The notes under the pieces were generated by a model. That model was not told the origin of the DNA. It made no database searches and was given only the letters and a program-made list of their open reading frames with translations. DNA of 64,000 nt, from contig CAWGAT010000023.1 in NCBI GenBank assembly GCA_963820555.1, positions 27,904 through 91,903 of the forward strand, read 5' to 3'. This stretch comes from Candidatus Bathyarchaeota archaeon (GTDB taxonomy: Archaea > Thermoproteota > Bathyarchaeia > TCS64). Numbering within the stretch: position 1 is the first letter of the stretch; every line of letters begins with the position of its first letter. Of the stretch, positions 36,888 to 47,282 are shown one piece after another. The position numbers were made by a program, and so were the translations under genes.

Positions 36888-37271
36888 TGACTATGAGTGG
36901 AAAGATCTACGTACCGGTCGAGGCGACGAAGTGGGTGGAGTTTGACTCGAAGGTCTGCACTGGCTGCGCGACACTAGAGGAGCCTCGATGCGTTAAGGCA
37001 TGCAGGATGGATATGCTGGTGAAGAACCCGGAGCCGGGGAAGCCGCCGCTCGTTATCTACGCAGATGAATGCTGCGACTGCGGATGCTGCGTCCACGCCT
37101 GCCCCAGGGCGTCTACAGGGCGCAATCAAGCTGAACTACCCTGTGGCGGAGCAGGTGCGTTGGAAGGACAAGGGGACCGGCAAACATTACCGGATCGGGA
37201 TGCCGAGTCCCCCACCGCCAAACCCTAGACCCCCGAGCGGTGGCTGGTACCCGGAGAACAAGGAGTCCTAG
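36884..37271 (+). CDS. AprB-like 2x[4Fe-4S] ferredoxin subunit (one frame break near 37100)
   Basis: CTGCATLEEPRCVKACRMDML has the C-x2-C-x7-C-x3-C spacing I recall for AprB (CDGCKALERTACEYICPNDLM). A second cluster follows, ECCDCGCCVHACP. The tail GAIKLNYPVAEQVRWKDKGTGKHYRIGM continues in ORF 37065-37271. Confidence 0.6.
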
Positions 37272-37300
37272 CCGATTTTATTGCCGATGGTGTTTATATT

Positions 37301-38044
37301 ATGGGCTTTGTCCGTGAACCTGTCCTGATGCCGATTTGGGAGTGGAGGACTCCCGCTTATGACATCCCCGAGCAGACGATCGGTGACTTCCGGATCATCA
37401 AGCGAGTGGCGAGGGCTGGGACGGCGTGGCCCATGTGCGGGACCCTCGGCTACGACTATTGCGTTTTCATGGAGGACGCGCCCATCACAATCCTACAGGA
37501 GAGGAGGGGAGATAACTGGAGGGATTGGATGGTCGATAGCCCCTACGACTGGTACGCAATGGGGGAGTACGCCATGAGGGCGAGGCCTCCAAATATCCTC
37601 GTCGCGGGTCTCGGATTAAGCCTGGTCACTAACCACCTCTCTCTCCGGAGGGACCTCGCCAAGATCAAGATAGTCGAACTAAACGAGGAGGTCATCGAGA
37701 TGGTCGCCCCCCACCTCCCAAAGGATAACAGGTTCGAGGTGGTTCATGGCGACTTCTTCGACGTACTCTTCGAGCTGGCCTCGAAGGGGGAACGGTACGA
37801 CACGATTATCATGGACATCTGGACGGGAGAAGACTACGAATCCATCCCAGACTTTAAGAGGGCACTAGCCCTCGTCCGGGAACACTACCCCCAGTCACTA
37901 CAATTCTTCCACTCATTCCAGAAGATAGTGGACACAGACATCGTGAACTCACACCTGCCAAGGCAAGGTGATGGGCCACTATCATTCATACCACAACGCT
38001 ATTCCCCACATGAACTTCATAAGAGACAAACGGGGTCTCATTAA
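37301..38044 (+). CDS. Spermidine-synthase-like / class I methyltransferase-fold protein
   Basis: ILVAGLGLSLV...KIKIVELNEEVIEMV...YDTIIMDIW resembles the polyamine aminopropyltransferase fold. The assignment is tentative. Confidence 0.5.
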   Translation: MGFVREPVLMPIWEWRTPAYDIPEQTIGDFRIIKRVARAGTAWPMCGTLGYDYCVFMEDAPITILQERRGDNWRDWMVDSPYDWYAMGEYAMRARPPNILVAGLGLSLVTNHLSLRRDLAKIKIVELNEEVIEMVAPHLPKDNRFEVVHGDFFDVLFELASKGERYDTIIMDIWTGEDYESIPDFKRALALVREHYPQSLQFFHSFQKIVDTDIVNSHLPRQGDGPLSFIPQRYSPHELHKRQTGSH

Positions 38045-38169
38045 AGGAGTATAATCAGTTCAATAGTAAGCGATGACCAAGAATTTCATTCTCAACGAGT
38101 ACGCACCCGAAGATCCTTACGAATTTTTCGCGCGTGCTGCAAAATGTGTCTCTCGGCGCATTTTTTAGG

Positions 38170-39012
38170 CTAACTCAAAGACTTTCTGCCAACGCACAAG
38201 ACGTAGCCCAAGTATCTGCTCGCCATTTCATCCCGCAACAACACACCCTTAACCTCATCGATCTTACCGAAGCGCTCCCTCATCCTCCCGCTCCTCAATG
38301 CGAGAACAAACACACCCCAGAGAGTGCCAACGAGCTTACTCCACCCCCCAAACTCGTCCACAACACTTAACGCATAGGGCCGCTGCGAATCATTAGAGTA
38401 CTTCTCCAACAAGACGCCACTGAAACCAGCGGACTCAAAAGCTGAGCGCCAGGACGCTGAGCTGCGAATGGTGAAGGGAAGATCAGTCAGCTCCCTGAAG
38501 ACCCTTTCACCATAGTTAACACGATCCAAAGCCTCAGGTGGCACGTCATCAGCCCTGTACATCTCGTTGATCCCCAGGTAGCCGCCACTCTTTAGGACCC
38601 TGAAGAACCCGGGGAATGCCCTGATCGGGTCCAGAAACTGGGACACGAAGACGGTCAGCACGACGTCGAATTCCCCATCTGGAAACTCCAGCTTGTAGGC
38701 GTCCCCGACCATTAAGGTGACACGATCGGTGAGACCTAGCTCCTCGGCCCGCTTCACCGCGTACTTCACCATGTGTTCGGCTATGTCTACACCCACGACT
38801 CGGCATCCATACTTCTTGGCCAGGTAGCAGGCGTTGGCCCCTGTCCCGCAGCCCACCTCAAGTATCCTGGTGTGCTCCGTGATTTGGCAGAGTTCTGCTA
38901 GTCTGTCTATGCTGGCGAAGCCTCCGATGTTGAAGAATGGGACTCCCATGTAGCCCATGAAATCGTAGTAACCGAGGCCTTCGATCTCCGTGAGTGTCAA
39001 TGTGTGGGACAT
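38170..39012 (-). CDS. Class I SAM-dependent methyltransferase
   Basis: Motif I ILEVGCGTGANACYLA, post-I VVGVDIAEHMV and motif II FDVVLTVFV. 280 aa. Confidence 0.8.
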   Translation of the reverse strand: MSHTLTLTEIEGLGYYDFMGYMGVPFFNIGGFASIDRLAELCQITEHTRILEVGCGTGANACYLAKKYGCRVVGVDIAEHMVKYAVKRAEELGLTDRVTLMVGDAYKLEFPDGEFDVVLTVFVSQFLDPIRAFPGFFRVLKSGGYLGINEMYRADDVPPEALDRVNYGERVFRELTDLPFTIRSSASWRSAFESAGFSGVLLEKYSNDSQRPYALSVVDEFGGWSKLVGTLWGVFVLALRSGRMRERFGKIDEVKGVLLRDEMASRYLGYVLCVGRKSLS

Positions 39013-39223
39013 GCAGTCATCATTAACTCTTATGCGGGGTTTATATTATGTGTCAAACAGAGACGTTGATTACCAATTTGATGGAGACTTACTATAACCG
39101 TAATGTTCCCTTGGGGGACGGTAATAAACGTCTGAGTGTAAGATATACTATCTTATATTTTTGTGGAAAAAGGGGATCTTTTCTACCTGTAAGATGGTTG
39201 TCTCTTCATATCCTGCATCCCTT

Positions 39224-39856
39224 TTAATTACTGATGGCGGGCGCCTGTCTTAGGTAACTCTTATCTTCAACTTGTCTGAGCATGAAATCTGCTAAGTCGG
39301 CACGAGAGATGCCTAAACCCACCTGACCCGAACCCACGTATCCGACCTTGACGACCCCTGTCTTGACGTTATCATTTAGTAAAGCTACCCTAGCGATTGT
39401 CCAATCGAGGTCTGAGCCGCGCACAATCTCAGCGACTCCTATGATATCCTCGTATGCAGCATGCATAGTAGTTTTAACGATACCTACCAAGAGACCTACA
39501 ATAAAATTGGGTTTATCCCCGGGGTCTTTTACGCTCAGAGTTGATGAGGCTATGAGCCTTCGTACACCCCTAGTCTTCATCGCCTCGACGATATTTCGCA
39601 TACCATTTGTTAGCGGTTTATCTTCCGAGCTCCCTCTGGGTCCAAGCAGACTGACCACGGCGTCTGCACCGTTTATTGCGTTCTCAATCGACTCCCCGTT
39701 AGATAGGTCACCTTTTTCGACGATTAAGCGCTCGCTCTCAATATCTAACTTTGAGGGATTACGAGCAAAAACCACAACCTGGTAGCCAACTGCGATTGCC
39801 TGATGTACTAGCTGCTTACCGGTGCCACCGGTTGCCCCGAAAACAACGACCCTCAT
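39224..39856 (-). CDS. NAD(P)H-binding (NmrA/BVR-B-like atypical SDR) protein
   Basis: MRVVVFGATGGTGKQLV Rossmann motif. 210 aa. Confidence 0.8.
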   Translation of the reverse strand: MRVVVFGATGGTGKQLVHQAIAVGYQVVVFARNPSKLDIESERLIVEKGDLSNGESIENAINGADAVVSLLGPRGSSEDKPLTNGMRNIVEAMKTRGVRRLIASSTLSVKDPGDKPNFIVGLLVGIVKTTMHAAYEDIIGVAEIVRGSDLDWTIARVALLNDNVKTGVVKVGYVGSGQVGLGISRADLADFMLRQVEDKSYLRQAPAISN

Positions 39857-39904
39857 TCAGCGCATCACTATCTGGATTTTATCAGATTATGACCTATTAA
39901 ACCA

Positions 39905-41119
39905 TCATTCATACCTCAGAGCCTCGACTGGATTCATCTTAGCCGCATGCCACGCGGGATAGATGCCTGAGGCCACGCAAGTCAACACAGAGAAACCTAC
40001 TACAATGAGACCAAGGTACAGGTTTAGGTCAGGCGCTAAACCAATGATGTTACCCGCCACACTACTCACCACAAAACCCAAGCCAGCCCCGATGATCCCC
40101 CCGACTATCCCCGTGAGAATCGCTTCGGAGAGGAAGAGAAATAGAATATCCCTACCCTTCGCACCCAGGGCCTTCATCACGCCGATCTCCTTAGTCCTCT
40201 CCAGAACACTGATCGTCATAGTGTTGATGATGCCGACTCCAGCAACCACAAGGCTGATTGCTGCAATGCCACCGAGCACCGCCTGAATGGTCCCGAGAAT
40301 ACTCGTGACCAGACCCTGAGCCGCAGCCGCGGTGATGACATTGATGTTGCTAACACGGTCCTTGATCTTCTGTGAAACGGCATCGATCAATTCGGGGGAG
40401 GAGGCTAACACCTGAATAGTGCTATATTTACCGCTCTTCTCGAAGAACTGATCGAAAGTACCCAGTGGAATGATGATGGCACTATCGCTTGAACCGAAGC
40501 TGCCTCCAGTCCTCTTCAGCACACCTACTACCCTAAGCGTCAACTGTTTGGTTACGTCGTTCACCGTCGTTGTGACCTTTATTCGATCCCCTACACCAAT
40601 TATCGGAGTGGAGGAATCCGACGGCTGAGCAATGTCGGCACCTATCACGGCCACCCCAGTATCGGATCTGAGGAGTGCTCTACCCTGAGCAACCTCCAGC
40701 GACTTGTTGACCTCGAAGTAGACATCCGTTGATCCCGTCAATGAGTGGGAGTACGTTTTTCCATTCACCGAGTAAGTCACTGCGCCTCCCGAGTCAACTG
40801 GAACCACATATGCGACGTCGGGTATCTTCGATAACACGCTAACGACCTTATAATCGAGAGTGCGTGTGCCAGTTGAGCCGCCGCCTCCGAAGGGATTACC
40901 GCCACCAACCCCAAAACCACCTCCGGGCGATACGGTTATTGTCGATGCCCCGAGGGTGCCCAACTGACCACTTATATTGTTGCTGAGTCCCTGGGTGAGG
41001 GAGATCAAGCCGGTGACAGCAGCGCAGCCGATGAGGATGCCGATGAGGTTAAGCACGAAGCGGAACTTACGAGACTTAACCCCATTCCAAGCCGATCCAA
41101 TTATATCCCAGAGCATCAA
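39905..41119 (-). CDS. ABC transporter permease, FtsX/MacB-type
   Basis: 404 aa with an N-terminal TM segment, a large extracytoplasmic loop, and a C-terminal FtsX 3-TM bundle (KEIGVMKALGAKGRDILFLFLSEA). Confidence 0.85.
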   Translation of the reverse strand: MMLWDIIGSAWNGVKSRKFRFVLNLIGILIGCAAVTGLISLTQGLSNNISGQLGTLGASTITVSPGGGFGVGGGNPFGGGGSTGTRTLDYKVVSVLSKIPDVAYVVPVDSGGAVTYSVNGKTYSHSLTGSTDVYFEVNKSLEVAQGRALLRSDTGVAVIGADIAQPSDSSTPIIGVGDRIKVTTTVNDVTKQLTLRVVGVLKRTGGSFGSSDSAIIIPLGTFDQFFEKSGKYSTIQVLASSPELIDAVSQKIKDRVSNINVITAAAAQGLVTSILGTIQAVLGGIAAISLVVAGVGIINTMTISVLERTKEIGVMKALGAKGRDILFLFLSEAILTGIVGGIIGAGLGFVVSSVAGNIIGLAPDLNLYLGLIVVGFSVLTCVASGIYPAWHAAKMNPVEALRYE

Positions 41120-41129
41120 TGTCCAACAC

Positions 41130-42659
41130 CTACTGGAGCCCGAATAGCCTCCTCAGCCAGCCCCATATTCCGCCGTCGCTTGACGGCGTCGTAATGACCG
41201 AGGATGGGTTCGTGACGGTGAGTGGGACGTTTAACGTGGCGTTCTGCTGCGTGTTCCTGCTATCGAGATAAGTGATCCTCAGCATCAAACTGTAATCCCC
41301 CGTCGCTGAACTGTTACTCACCCCATACCTCAGCGTGAACGGGACGGGGCTGTCCGGGTCAATAGCGCCGATGTACTCTGTGCTGCCCGCGATCTGGTTC
41401 ACGTGCGAGTCGGGCAGAACCTGTATCCTCGTGAACTCCACCTTCCCGGTACCCACCAACAGCAGATCAGCCTCAAGCGTCTGGGTGCTCCCCCTCTCCG
41501 CCGTGATCGCAAGGTCCTCCATCAGCAAGAACTGGACGAGGTTCTCGACTGGGATAGTTATGGTCTCCGTCGCCACGCCCTGGACTCCCTTGGCGTCTAG
41601 GTACTTCACGCTGACCGTGAGAGGGATGTCGCCCGCCGTCGCGGCTCCGCTGAGCAGGAGGACGTAGGTGAACTTGGCGCTCCCTCCGATGGATAGGTCG
41701 CCGAGGGAGACGGTCGTAGGGTTCATGGGTGAGATCAAGCCTGTAACATCCGTGGTCAGAACGGCCTTCACGTTGTAGACGGCGGCATCGGCGCAGACTG
41801 CCTGGAGGTCTATGCTGAACTGCTCACCCGGGATGACCCTGCTCGGGTTAAGGTTCGTGATAGTGATGACCGGGCTCTTCACCTGAACGACCGTCGTGAC
41901 CTCCAGTGGCACGCTGAGGGTCTGCCTGGCCTCGACGCCCGAGTCGTTTGTGAACCACACCTGGGCCGTCAGAGAGTACGCGCCTATTGGGGTGTTCTCC
42001 AGCGCCCTGATCTTCACATCGAATGAGATGGATGCCCCTGCCTTCAACTCGGTGAATTGGTTATTGATACCGTCAGTAAGTGTGAGGAGCGAGCTAGCTG
42101 GGGCGAGGGTGATGTCGACTCCCTTGATGCTCGTGTTGCCCATGTTCTCGACGGTGAGCGTGATCGTGTTCTCCACCCCAGGCGTGATCTTGCTCCCCGA
42201 CGCCGTGATCCGAACTGCTGGAAGCGAGGGCTGATTCACAACGATGGTCAGGGGGACCGCCACGGTCACTATCCCGCGGCCAGCCCGCAGGTAGCTGAGG
42301 GTCATCGTGAGGGGATAGGCCCCGACTGCGACGCTCTGATCGACCATCACGGTCGCCGAGTAGCTTGTCGAGGCGCCTATCCCAATTTTATTGTTGACGT
42401 ACTGTGATCCAGTGAGGATCGATATGCCCGGTGTTGTCGAGCTTATCAGCGCCTCTATCTCGGTCACGTCGAAGTTGCCGCCGTTGTTGAGGGTTACTCC
42501 GATGCTTCCCTTGGATCCTGCCGCCAACGTGGTGTTGGTTGTCGTTACCTGCAGGTGGGGGATATAGTCCTCCGCGTATGTGATTCCGATCTGGCCTGCG
42601 AGTATGCAGACGAATAGGATTGGTATGAGATACCTCTTCTTTTCATTCATTTCTATCAC
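41130..42659 (-). CDS. Secreted COG1361/CARDB-like repeat protein associated with the ABC transporter
   Basis: Signal peptide followed by four or five repeats of a beta-sandwich module (..G.Y.L...V.Y.D..G........V.L.V). It sits between the ATPase and the permease, as in archaeal MacB-type operons. Confidence 0.7.
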   Translation of the reverse strand: MIEMNEKKRYLIPILFVCILAGQIGITYAEDYIPHLQVTTTNTTLAAGSKGSIGVTLNNGGNFDVTEIEALISSTTPGISILTGSQYVNNKIGIGASTSYSATVMVDQSVAVGAYPLTMTLSYLRAGRGIVTVAVPLTIVVNQPSLPAVRITASGSKITPGVENTITLTVENMGNTSIKGVDITLAPASSLLTLTDGINNQFTELKAGASISFDVKIRALENTPIGAYSLTAQVWFTNDSGVEARQTLSVPLEVTTVVQVKSPVITITNLNPSRVIPGEQFSIDLQAVCADAAVYNVKAVLTTDVTGLISPMNPTTVSLGDLSIGGSAKFTYVLLLSGAATAGDIPLTVSVKYLDAKGVQGVATETITIPVENLVQFLLMEDLAITAERGSTQTLEADLLLVGTGKVEFTRIQVLPDSHVNQIAGSTEYIGAIDPDSPVPFTLRYGVSNSSATGDYSLMLRITYLDSRNTQQNATLNVPLTVTNPSSVITTPSSDGGIWGWLRRLFGLQ

Positions 42660-43372
42660 TTGAACCTCTTCTCTCCAGCGATCTCCCCGTCACGGATCTG
42701 TAGCAGCCGATCCGTGGCCTGCGCCACGTTGGGGTCGTGGGTGATGAGTACGAAGGTCTTGCCCTGCTCCTGGTTGAGTTGACGAAGGAGGACCATGATC
42801 TCCTGTCCGGTCTTCGAGTCTAAATTTCCTGTCAGCTCGTCGCATAGGAAGAGCGGTGGGTCGTTCGCGAGGGCTCGGGCAATTGCGACCCTCTGCTGCT
42901 CACCCCCACTCAACTGATTGGGGCGATGATCGATCCTATCCCCAAGCCCGACCGATTCCAAGAGTTTCCGCGCTCTATCCTCCCTTTTCTTAATCGGTAC
43001 TCCGCTGATCGATAGGGGGAGCTCAACGTTTGAGAGCGCATCAAGCCTCTGGATGAGGTTGAACTGCTGGAAGATGAAGCCGATCTCCTTGTTCCTGAGG
43101 TCGGCGAGCCCATTGTCGTTGAGCGTCGATATGTCTATCCCGTTTATGAGTACTTGACCAGATGTTGGGCGATCTAGGGCTCCGAGCATGTTGAGGAGCG
43201 TCGATTTTCCGCTCCCCGAGGGTCCCATTATCGCCATGAACTCGCCCTTATGAATCTGGACATTGATGTTGTTGAGGACTCTTAGCGGTTGGTTGCCCTG
43301 ATTGTACTCTTTTACCAGATCGATTGTCTCGATTATGTACGTCATCTCATCCACTTCGTTACGATTGTTCAT
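42656..43372 (-). CDS. ABC transporter ATP-binding protein (MacB/LolD-like)
   Basis: Walker [11 protein letters not shown]-loop, signature [15 protein letters not shown], Walker B LFLCDE. Confidence 0.9.
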   Translation of the reverse strand: MNNRNEVDEMTYIIETIDLVKEYNQGNQPLRVLNNINVQIHKGEFMAIMGPSGSGKSTLLNMLGALDRPTSGQVLINGIDISTLNDNGLADLRNKEIGFIFQQFNLIQRLDALSNVELPLSISGVPIKKREDRARKLLESVGLGDRIDHRPNQLSGGEQQRVAIARALANDPPLFLCDELTGNLDSKTGQEIMVLLRQLNQEQGKTFVLITHDPNVAQATDRLLQIRDGEIAGEKRFK

Positions 43373-43556
43373 CAGAGCTCTGCCAGAATTGAGTTTGATA
43401 GTATGCTTGTGATTCTCGTTGACTTTTCAAACCACTTCGACGGGGATACTGGAGATTTGTTTAAAAGGGGTTTTCCCACCTTACACCCAAATCTATCCCT
43501 AATCGGCTACCTTTTAACCAAATAAGATAATAGTTTACAAAAAGGTCCCGATTTTC

Positions 43557-43892
43557 ATGCCCAAACCCCGTCCCTTCAAACAGGTACTGCTCTGGCTAGT
43601 CGCCGGTTCGAGGGGCGGTGTGAACCGGGGAAAAATAATTGAGGCAATCAAGAGAAAGCCTTTGAACGCTAATCAGCTTAGTAACGACCTCGGCGTCGAG
43701 TATAAGACAATCAGGCATCACCTCGACGTGTTAGAGGAGAATAATGTGATCACCTCACTGGGTGACCACTATGGAAAGGTGTACTTTCTCAGCCAGGAGA
43801 TGGAGCAAAGCATGGACGATTTTGCAGAGATTTGGGGTGAAATCATGAAAACATTGAATAGCGGTCAGGGGGAGGGTCTTCGAGATGAATAA
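43557..43892 (+). CDS. Winged-helix (ArsR-like) transcriptional regulator
   Basis: RGKIIEAIKRKPLNANQLSNDLGVEYKTIRHHLDVLEENNVI is a typical wHTH. Confidence 0.7.
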   Translation: MPKPRPFKQVLLWLVAGSRGGVNRGKIIEAIKRKPLNANQLSNDLGVEYKTIRHHLDVLEENNVITSLGDHYGKVYFLSQEMEQSMDDFAEIWGEIMKTLNSGQGEGLRDE

Positions 43893-44334
43893 ACGGGGCA
43901 GGGCTATAATAATCGTGGCGGGATTGTTCGCCCTGATTATTCTAAGCTTTCTTGCACATAATCTGTACGGAGTTTTACCCTCCCACGAAGATAGGCCAAG
44001 GTTGGAGGACCTTACCCCTGAACAGCTCAAGGAGATTAGCAGTTACCTCGCAATCTATATAAAAGGTAAGTCGATACTTGGGTTTTGGAACTCAATTCTC
44101 CTGATTTATCTACTATATTTACAGGTTAAAATATATCGATCTACAAAAACCACCTTCAGCTTCACTCTTATTCTATGCTTCACCGCTCTTCTACTTTATA
44201 CCATCCTTGATAACCCCGTTTCTATATGGTTTGCAGGATTTTCGGGCGTAAGCATCTTGGGAGCTTTCAACTTCTTACCGGATCTGTTTACAACGGTAGC
44301 CTCAATCATCTTTATAATGCTGAGTAGACAATGA
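43885..44334 (+). CDS. Hypothetical membrane protein
   Basis: 149 aa with four predicted TM segments. Its start overlaps the regulator's stop. Confidence 0.55.
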   Translation: MNKRGRAIIIVAGLFALIILSFLAHNLYGVLPSHEDRPRLEDLTPEQLKEISSYLAIYIKGKSILGFWNSILLIYLLYLQVKIYRSTKTTFSFTLILCFTALLLYTILDNPVSIWFAGFSGVSILGAFNFLPDLFTTVASIIFIMLSRQ

Positions 44335-44814
44335 TCATCCCCCGAGTGCCTCATATTGTACATAATCTGGCATTATGTCAAAGTAATGAAATGCTTGAAG
44401 TCGTACTGTTTTAAAAACGATATATAGCTAACGGATAAAGGTTGGGTCCGTAATAGTCTTAAAGGAAAACGAGGTTTAAATCTTTCATTTTGAGGACCCG
44501 AACCCATTTAGGTTTAAGTCCGGACAATCTTATTTGCGCACGCATGCACGATGATATCAAGTCGACCTTGAGAGGAATCGGATATAACTTCGTATATTTT
44601 TTCAATAATTTTATCTAATCCTTCATCTGCTTTAATAACCATTCTATCAACAATAATGGAGAATATTTCCTAACTTCTTCTCTTGTTATTTTGTACCATA
44701 TAGGTTTTTTATTTTCTTTCTCTGTTGCTACAAGGACGTCTAATTTTTTTTGAGTCCGCGGGCGCGGAATGTGACGTAGCCAACGTACTCGTTAGCGCTC
44801 TATGTGCTCCATTA

Positions 44815-45717
44815 TTACTTAGTCTTAGTCTGATTCTGAGGGATTACCACATTTGGAACCTGGCCGTTACTCCAGATAACGATACCACCCTTCTCGGCGA
44901 TGTTATTCAACTGGCTCATCGTGTAGTAGAGTGGCCACTGGTCGCCGAACTCGGCCTTGATAGTTTCGATGGCCTTAGCCTGTCCTTGTGCTTGGATGAT
45001 CTGAGAGAGGGCTGTTGCATTAGCGTTAATGAGAGTCGCCTGTCGCTGGTTCGTTGCGGTGACTATACTCTGCTGGGCGGCAGTCGTCTTCTCCAGTTCC
45101 GCAATCAAAACGTCTGGATACTTTACATTGTTCATGTTGAACTCTACATTTACTATCGCTCCAGCAAAAGTCGACTCAGCAGTAAACGCTGTCTGCAGAT
45201 CATTTTGAATCTTAGTTGCAATTTCGTCACGTTTAGTACTATACTCCGTCCAAGTATAGTCCTTGGTGTCAGTTTTTATTATCTGCTGAGAAATGGAGTG
45301 CATGGTACTATACTCCCAATTCTGGCCAGGATAGTTCCTGTAGAGGTTGAGAACCTTAGTCGGATCAATCTCGTACCGTATAGTGAGGCTCATCAGAACC
45401 TCTATCCTATCCGACGTGAAGCAGGAGAAGGCCGGGTAGTCTGCACCCCTGTCGTCACTCATCGTCAGGAAGTTCACAGTGTATGGTACTGTCACGACGC
45501 TCTGCCATGGCCACTTGAGTCCATACGCTGGGCCAATTACCGGACCCGAAAGCCCCTTTGACACCGGATCAACTATTATCCCAGCTTGGCTTGTCGGAAT
45601 ATTGTACAAGCCGAGGAATAGCGATAAAACTGAAGCAGCAACAACCAGCACTATTAGCACCAGAACAAACCCGTACGCGCGCGGGAACTCGACTCTGCCT
45701 TGGCTCATTTCATTCAC
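44815..45717 (-). CDS. SPFH/Band-7 (prohibitin-like) membrane protein
   Basis: N-terminal TM segment, then an SPFH-like core (AGIIVDPVS...LKWPWQSVVTVPYTV...IEVLMSLTIRYEIDP) and a C-terminal coiled coil. Confidence 0.7.
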   Translation of the reverse strand: MNEMSQGRVEFPRAYGFVLVLIVLVVAASVLSLFLGLYNIPTSQAGIIVDPVSKGLSGPVIGPAYGLKWPWQSVVTVPYTVNFLTMSDDRGADYPAFSCFTSDRIEVLMSLTIRYEIDPTKVLNLYRNYPGQNWEYSTMHSISQQIIKTDTKDYTWTEYSTKRDEIATKIQNDLQTAFTAESTFAGAIVNVEFNMNNVKYPDVLIAELEKTTAAQQSIVTATNQRQATLINANATALSQIIQAQGQAKAIETIKAEFGDQWPLYYTMSQLNNIAEKGGIVIWSNGQVPNVVIPQNQTKTK

Positions 45718-45804
45718 CTAGTTACTGAAGTAGCTACTTGGTCGTCCCTTATGAAGCCCTTTGCCTAAGGGATCTCGTCATCTACCTCGCGCGCACTGTT
45801 TTAT

Positions 45805-46935
45805 CTATTGTTCCGACTTCAATAAGGCCTCAGATACGGAGGAGCCGAACTCCTTGGTGCTATTCGTACCTTTAAGGTCGGGGGTCCTTACCTTTCCCTT
45901 AAGTAAGATCGTGTCGACGGCGGAGTCTATTCCCTTCCAAGCAAGCTTAAGCTTCTTGTCTCCCCTCTTATCCCCAAGCCAGTTCAACATCATGCCCATG
46001 CTCAGGATCATGCTTGTCGGGTTTGAGATACCTCTCCCAGCGATGTCTGGTGCAGAGCCGTGTGTGGCCTCGGCGAAGCAATGTGTGTCGCCCGCGTTGA
46101 TTGATCCCGCTAGGCCCAGGCTTCCCTGGAGTGCCCCGCTCATATCGCTCATAATATCACCATATTGATTCGGCATGACGACGACGTCGTAGAAGCCTGG
46201 CTTCATTATCGCGTAGTAGCTCCAGGAGTCTATCCAAGTCGCGTCGCGCTCGATGTCGCTGTTCTCCGTTGCTAGTTGGTCGTAGGTTTCTTTGAAGAGG
46301 TCGTCGCCTTTTGTGAGACCCCATTTGCATGAGCATGTTAGGCGTCGTTTATGGTCGATGGGTGCGCCGGGTTGTCCCTTGTATTCCCCGCTTCGGGCCA
46401 GCTTGAATCCGTATTTGATGATGCGTTCGCATCCTTTCTTGGTTTGAACGTAGTTGTCGATGGCGAATTCTGTCTCCCCGCCCCTCTTCATGAAGCCTCC
46501 GATGTTCACGTACATGTGCTCGGTGTTCTCTCGGAGGATGATGTAGTCGATGTCACCTGTCTTCCTCCCGGTGAGGACGCTTGCAACTCCGGGGCGTAGC
46601 CTGCATGGCCTGATGTTGGCGTAGAGGTCGAGTTCGGTTCTCATGTTGATGGGGGTGTAGCCGCCTGGGAGCTTTCCTACGAGGTCGGGGAGGCCTGCCG
46701 GACCCTTGAAGATGGCGTCAGCGTCGAGGAACATCTCTTTGGTGAGTTCCTCCGGCCACCCGCGTTTGAGGTCGTGGTCGACCCAGTACTTGGCTCCGAT
46801 TGGATAGGGGCCGAGTATCTCTAGGTCAAATCCGTACCTCTCCTCGGCTGCTTTGAGGACTTTTAATCCCTCTGGGATGATCTCGCCGGCTATCCCGTCG
46901 CCGAGGAGACCCAGGATTTTGTATCTTCGAGGCAT
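45805..46935 (-). CDS. Isocitrate/isopropylmalate dehydrogenase family protein
   Basis: ILGLLGDGIAGEI, LYANIRPCR, DYIILRENTEHMY, NQYGDIMSD and GSAPDIAGRGISNP are the family's hallmark blocks. Confidence 0.85.
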   Translation of the reverse strand: MPRRYKILGLLGDGIAGEIIPEGLKVLKAAEERYGFDLEILGPYPIGAKYWVDHDLKRGWPEELTKEMFLDADAIFKGPAGLPDLVGKLPGGYTPINMRTELDLYANIRPCRLRPGVASVLTGRKTGDIDYIILRENTEHMYVNIGGFMKRGGETEFAIDNYVQTKKGCERIIKYGFKLARSGEYKGQPGAPIDHKRRLTCSCKWGLTKGDDLFKETYDQLATENSDIERDATWIDSWSYYAIMKPGFYDVVVMPNQYGDIMSDMSGALQGSLGLAGSINAGDTHCFAEATHGSAPDIAGRGISNPTSMILSMGMMLNWLGDKRGDKKLKLAWKGIDSAVDTILLKGKVRTPDLKGTNSTKEFGSSVSEALLKSEQ

Positions 46936-47282
46936 TGAACCGATTCTATTATGTTGGCGGCTGTCTTTAACGATGTCGCGCGTTTGCGAGGTTGCATGAT
47001 ACAGGTACCTGTTGATGGCTCACACTTGGATCCAACCTCGATATCGCTCGGGGTGTTGTAATGATTGTGTTGCTGTACCATCTACTCGTTTCTTCTTGGA
47101 GCTTGGCTCGCAGCTCACGTTCAGGACTTACGCACGATTCTATGCGTATGCCTATGCTGCGGTGAGATGTTGAGAGCGCGTGCGAACGTGAAACGAGAAA
47201 GATTACAGATTGAAAACATTCTGGATAGAGGGTTCTTGTAACTCCTCGGGCGCGCGCAAAAAGAAGTTAAAAAAAAGTAAGG

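Noticed and set aside
34935-37271. Taking the AprAB-like pair as evidence for dissimilatory sulfate reduction
   Set aside because: No sat, qmo, dsr or related genes are in the window, and the family assignment rests on motif spacing recalled from memory. Only an AprAB-like oxidoreductase call is justified.
44725-45561. 278-aa plus-strand ORF
   Set aside because: It lies entirely antisense to the SPFH/Band-7 gene (44815-45717), which has a convincing domain signature. The plus-strand translation has no recognisable features.
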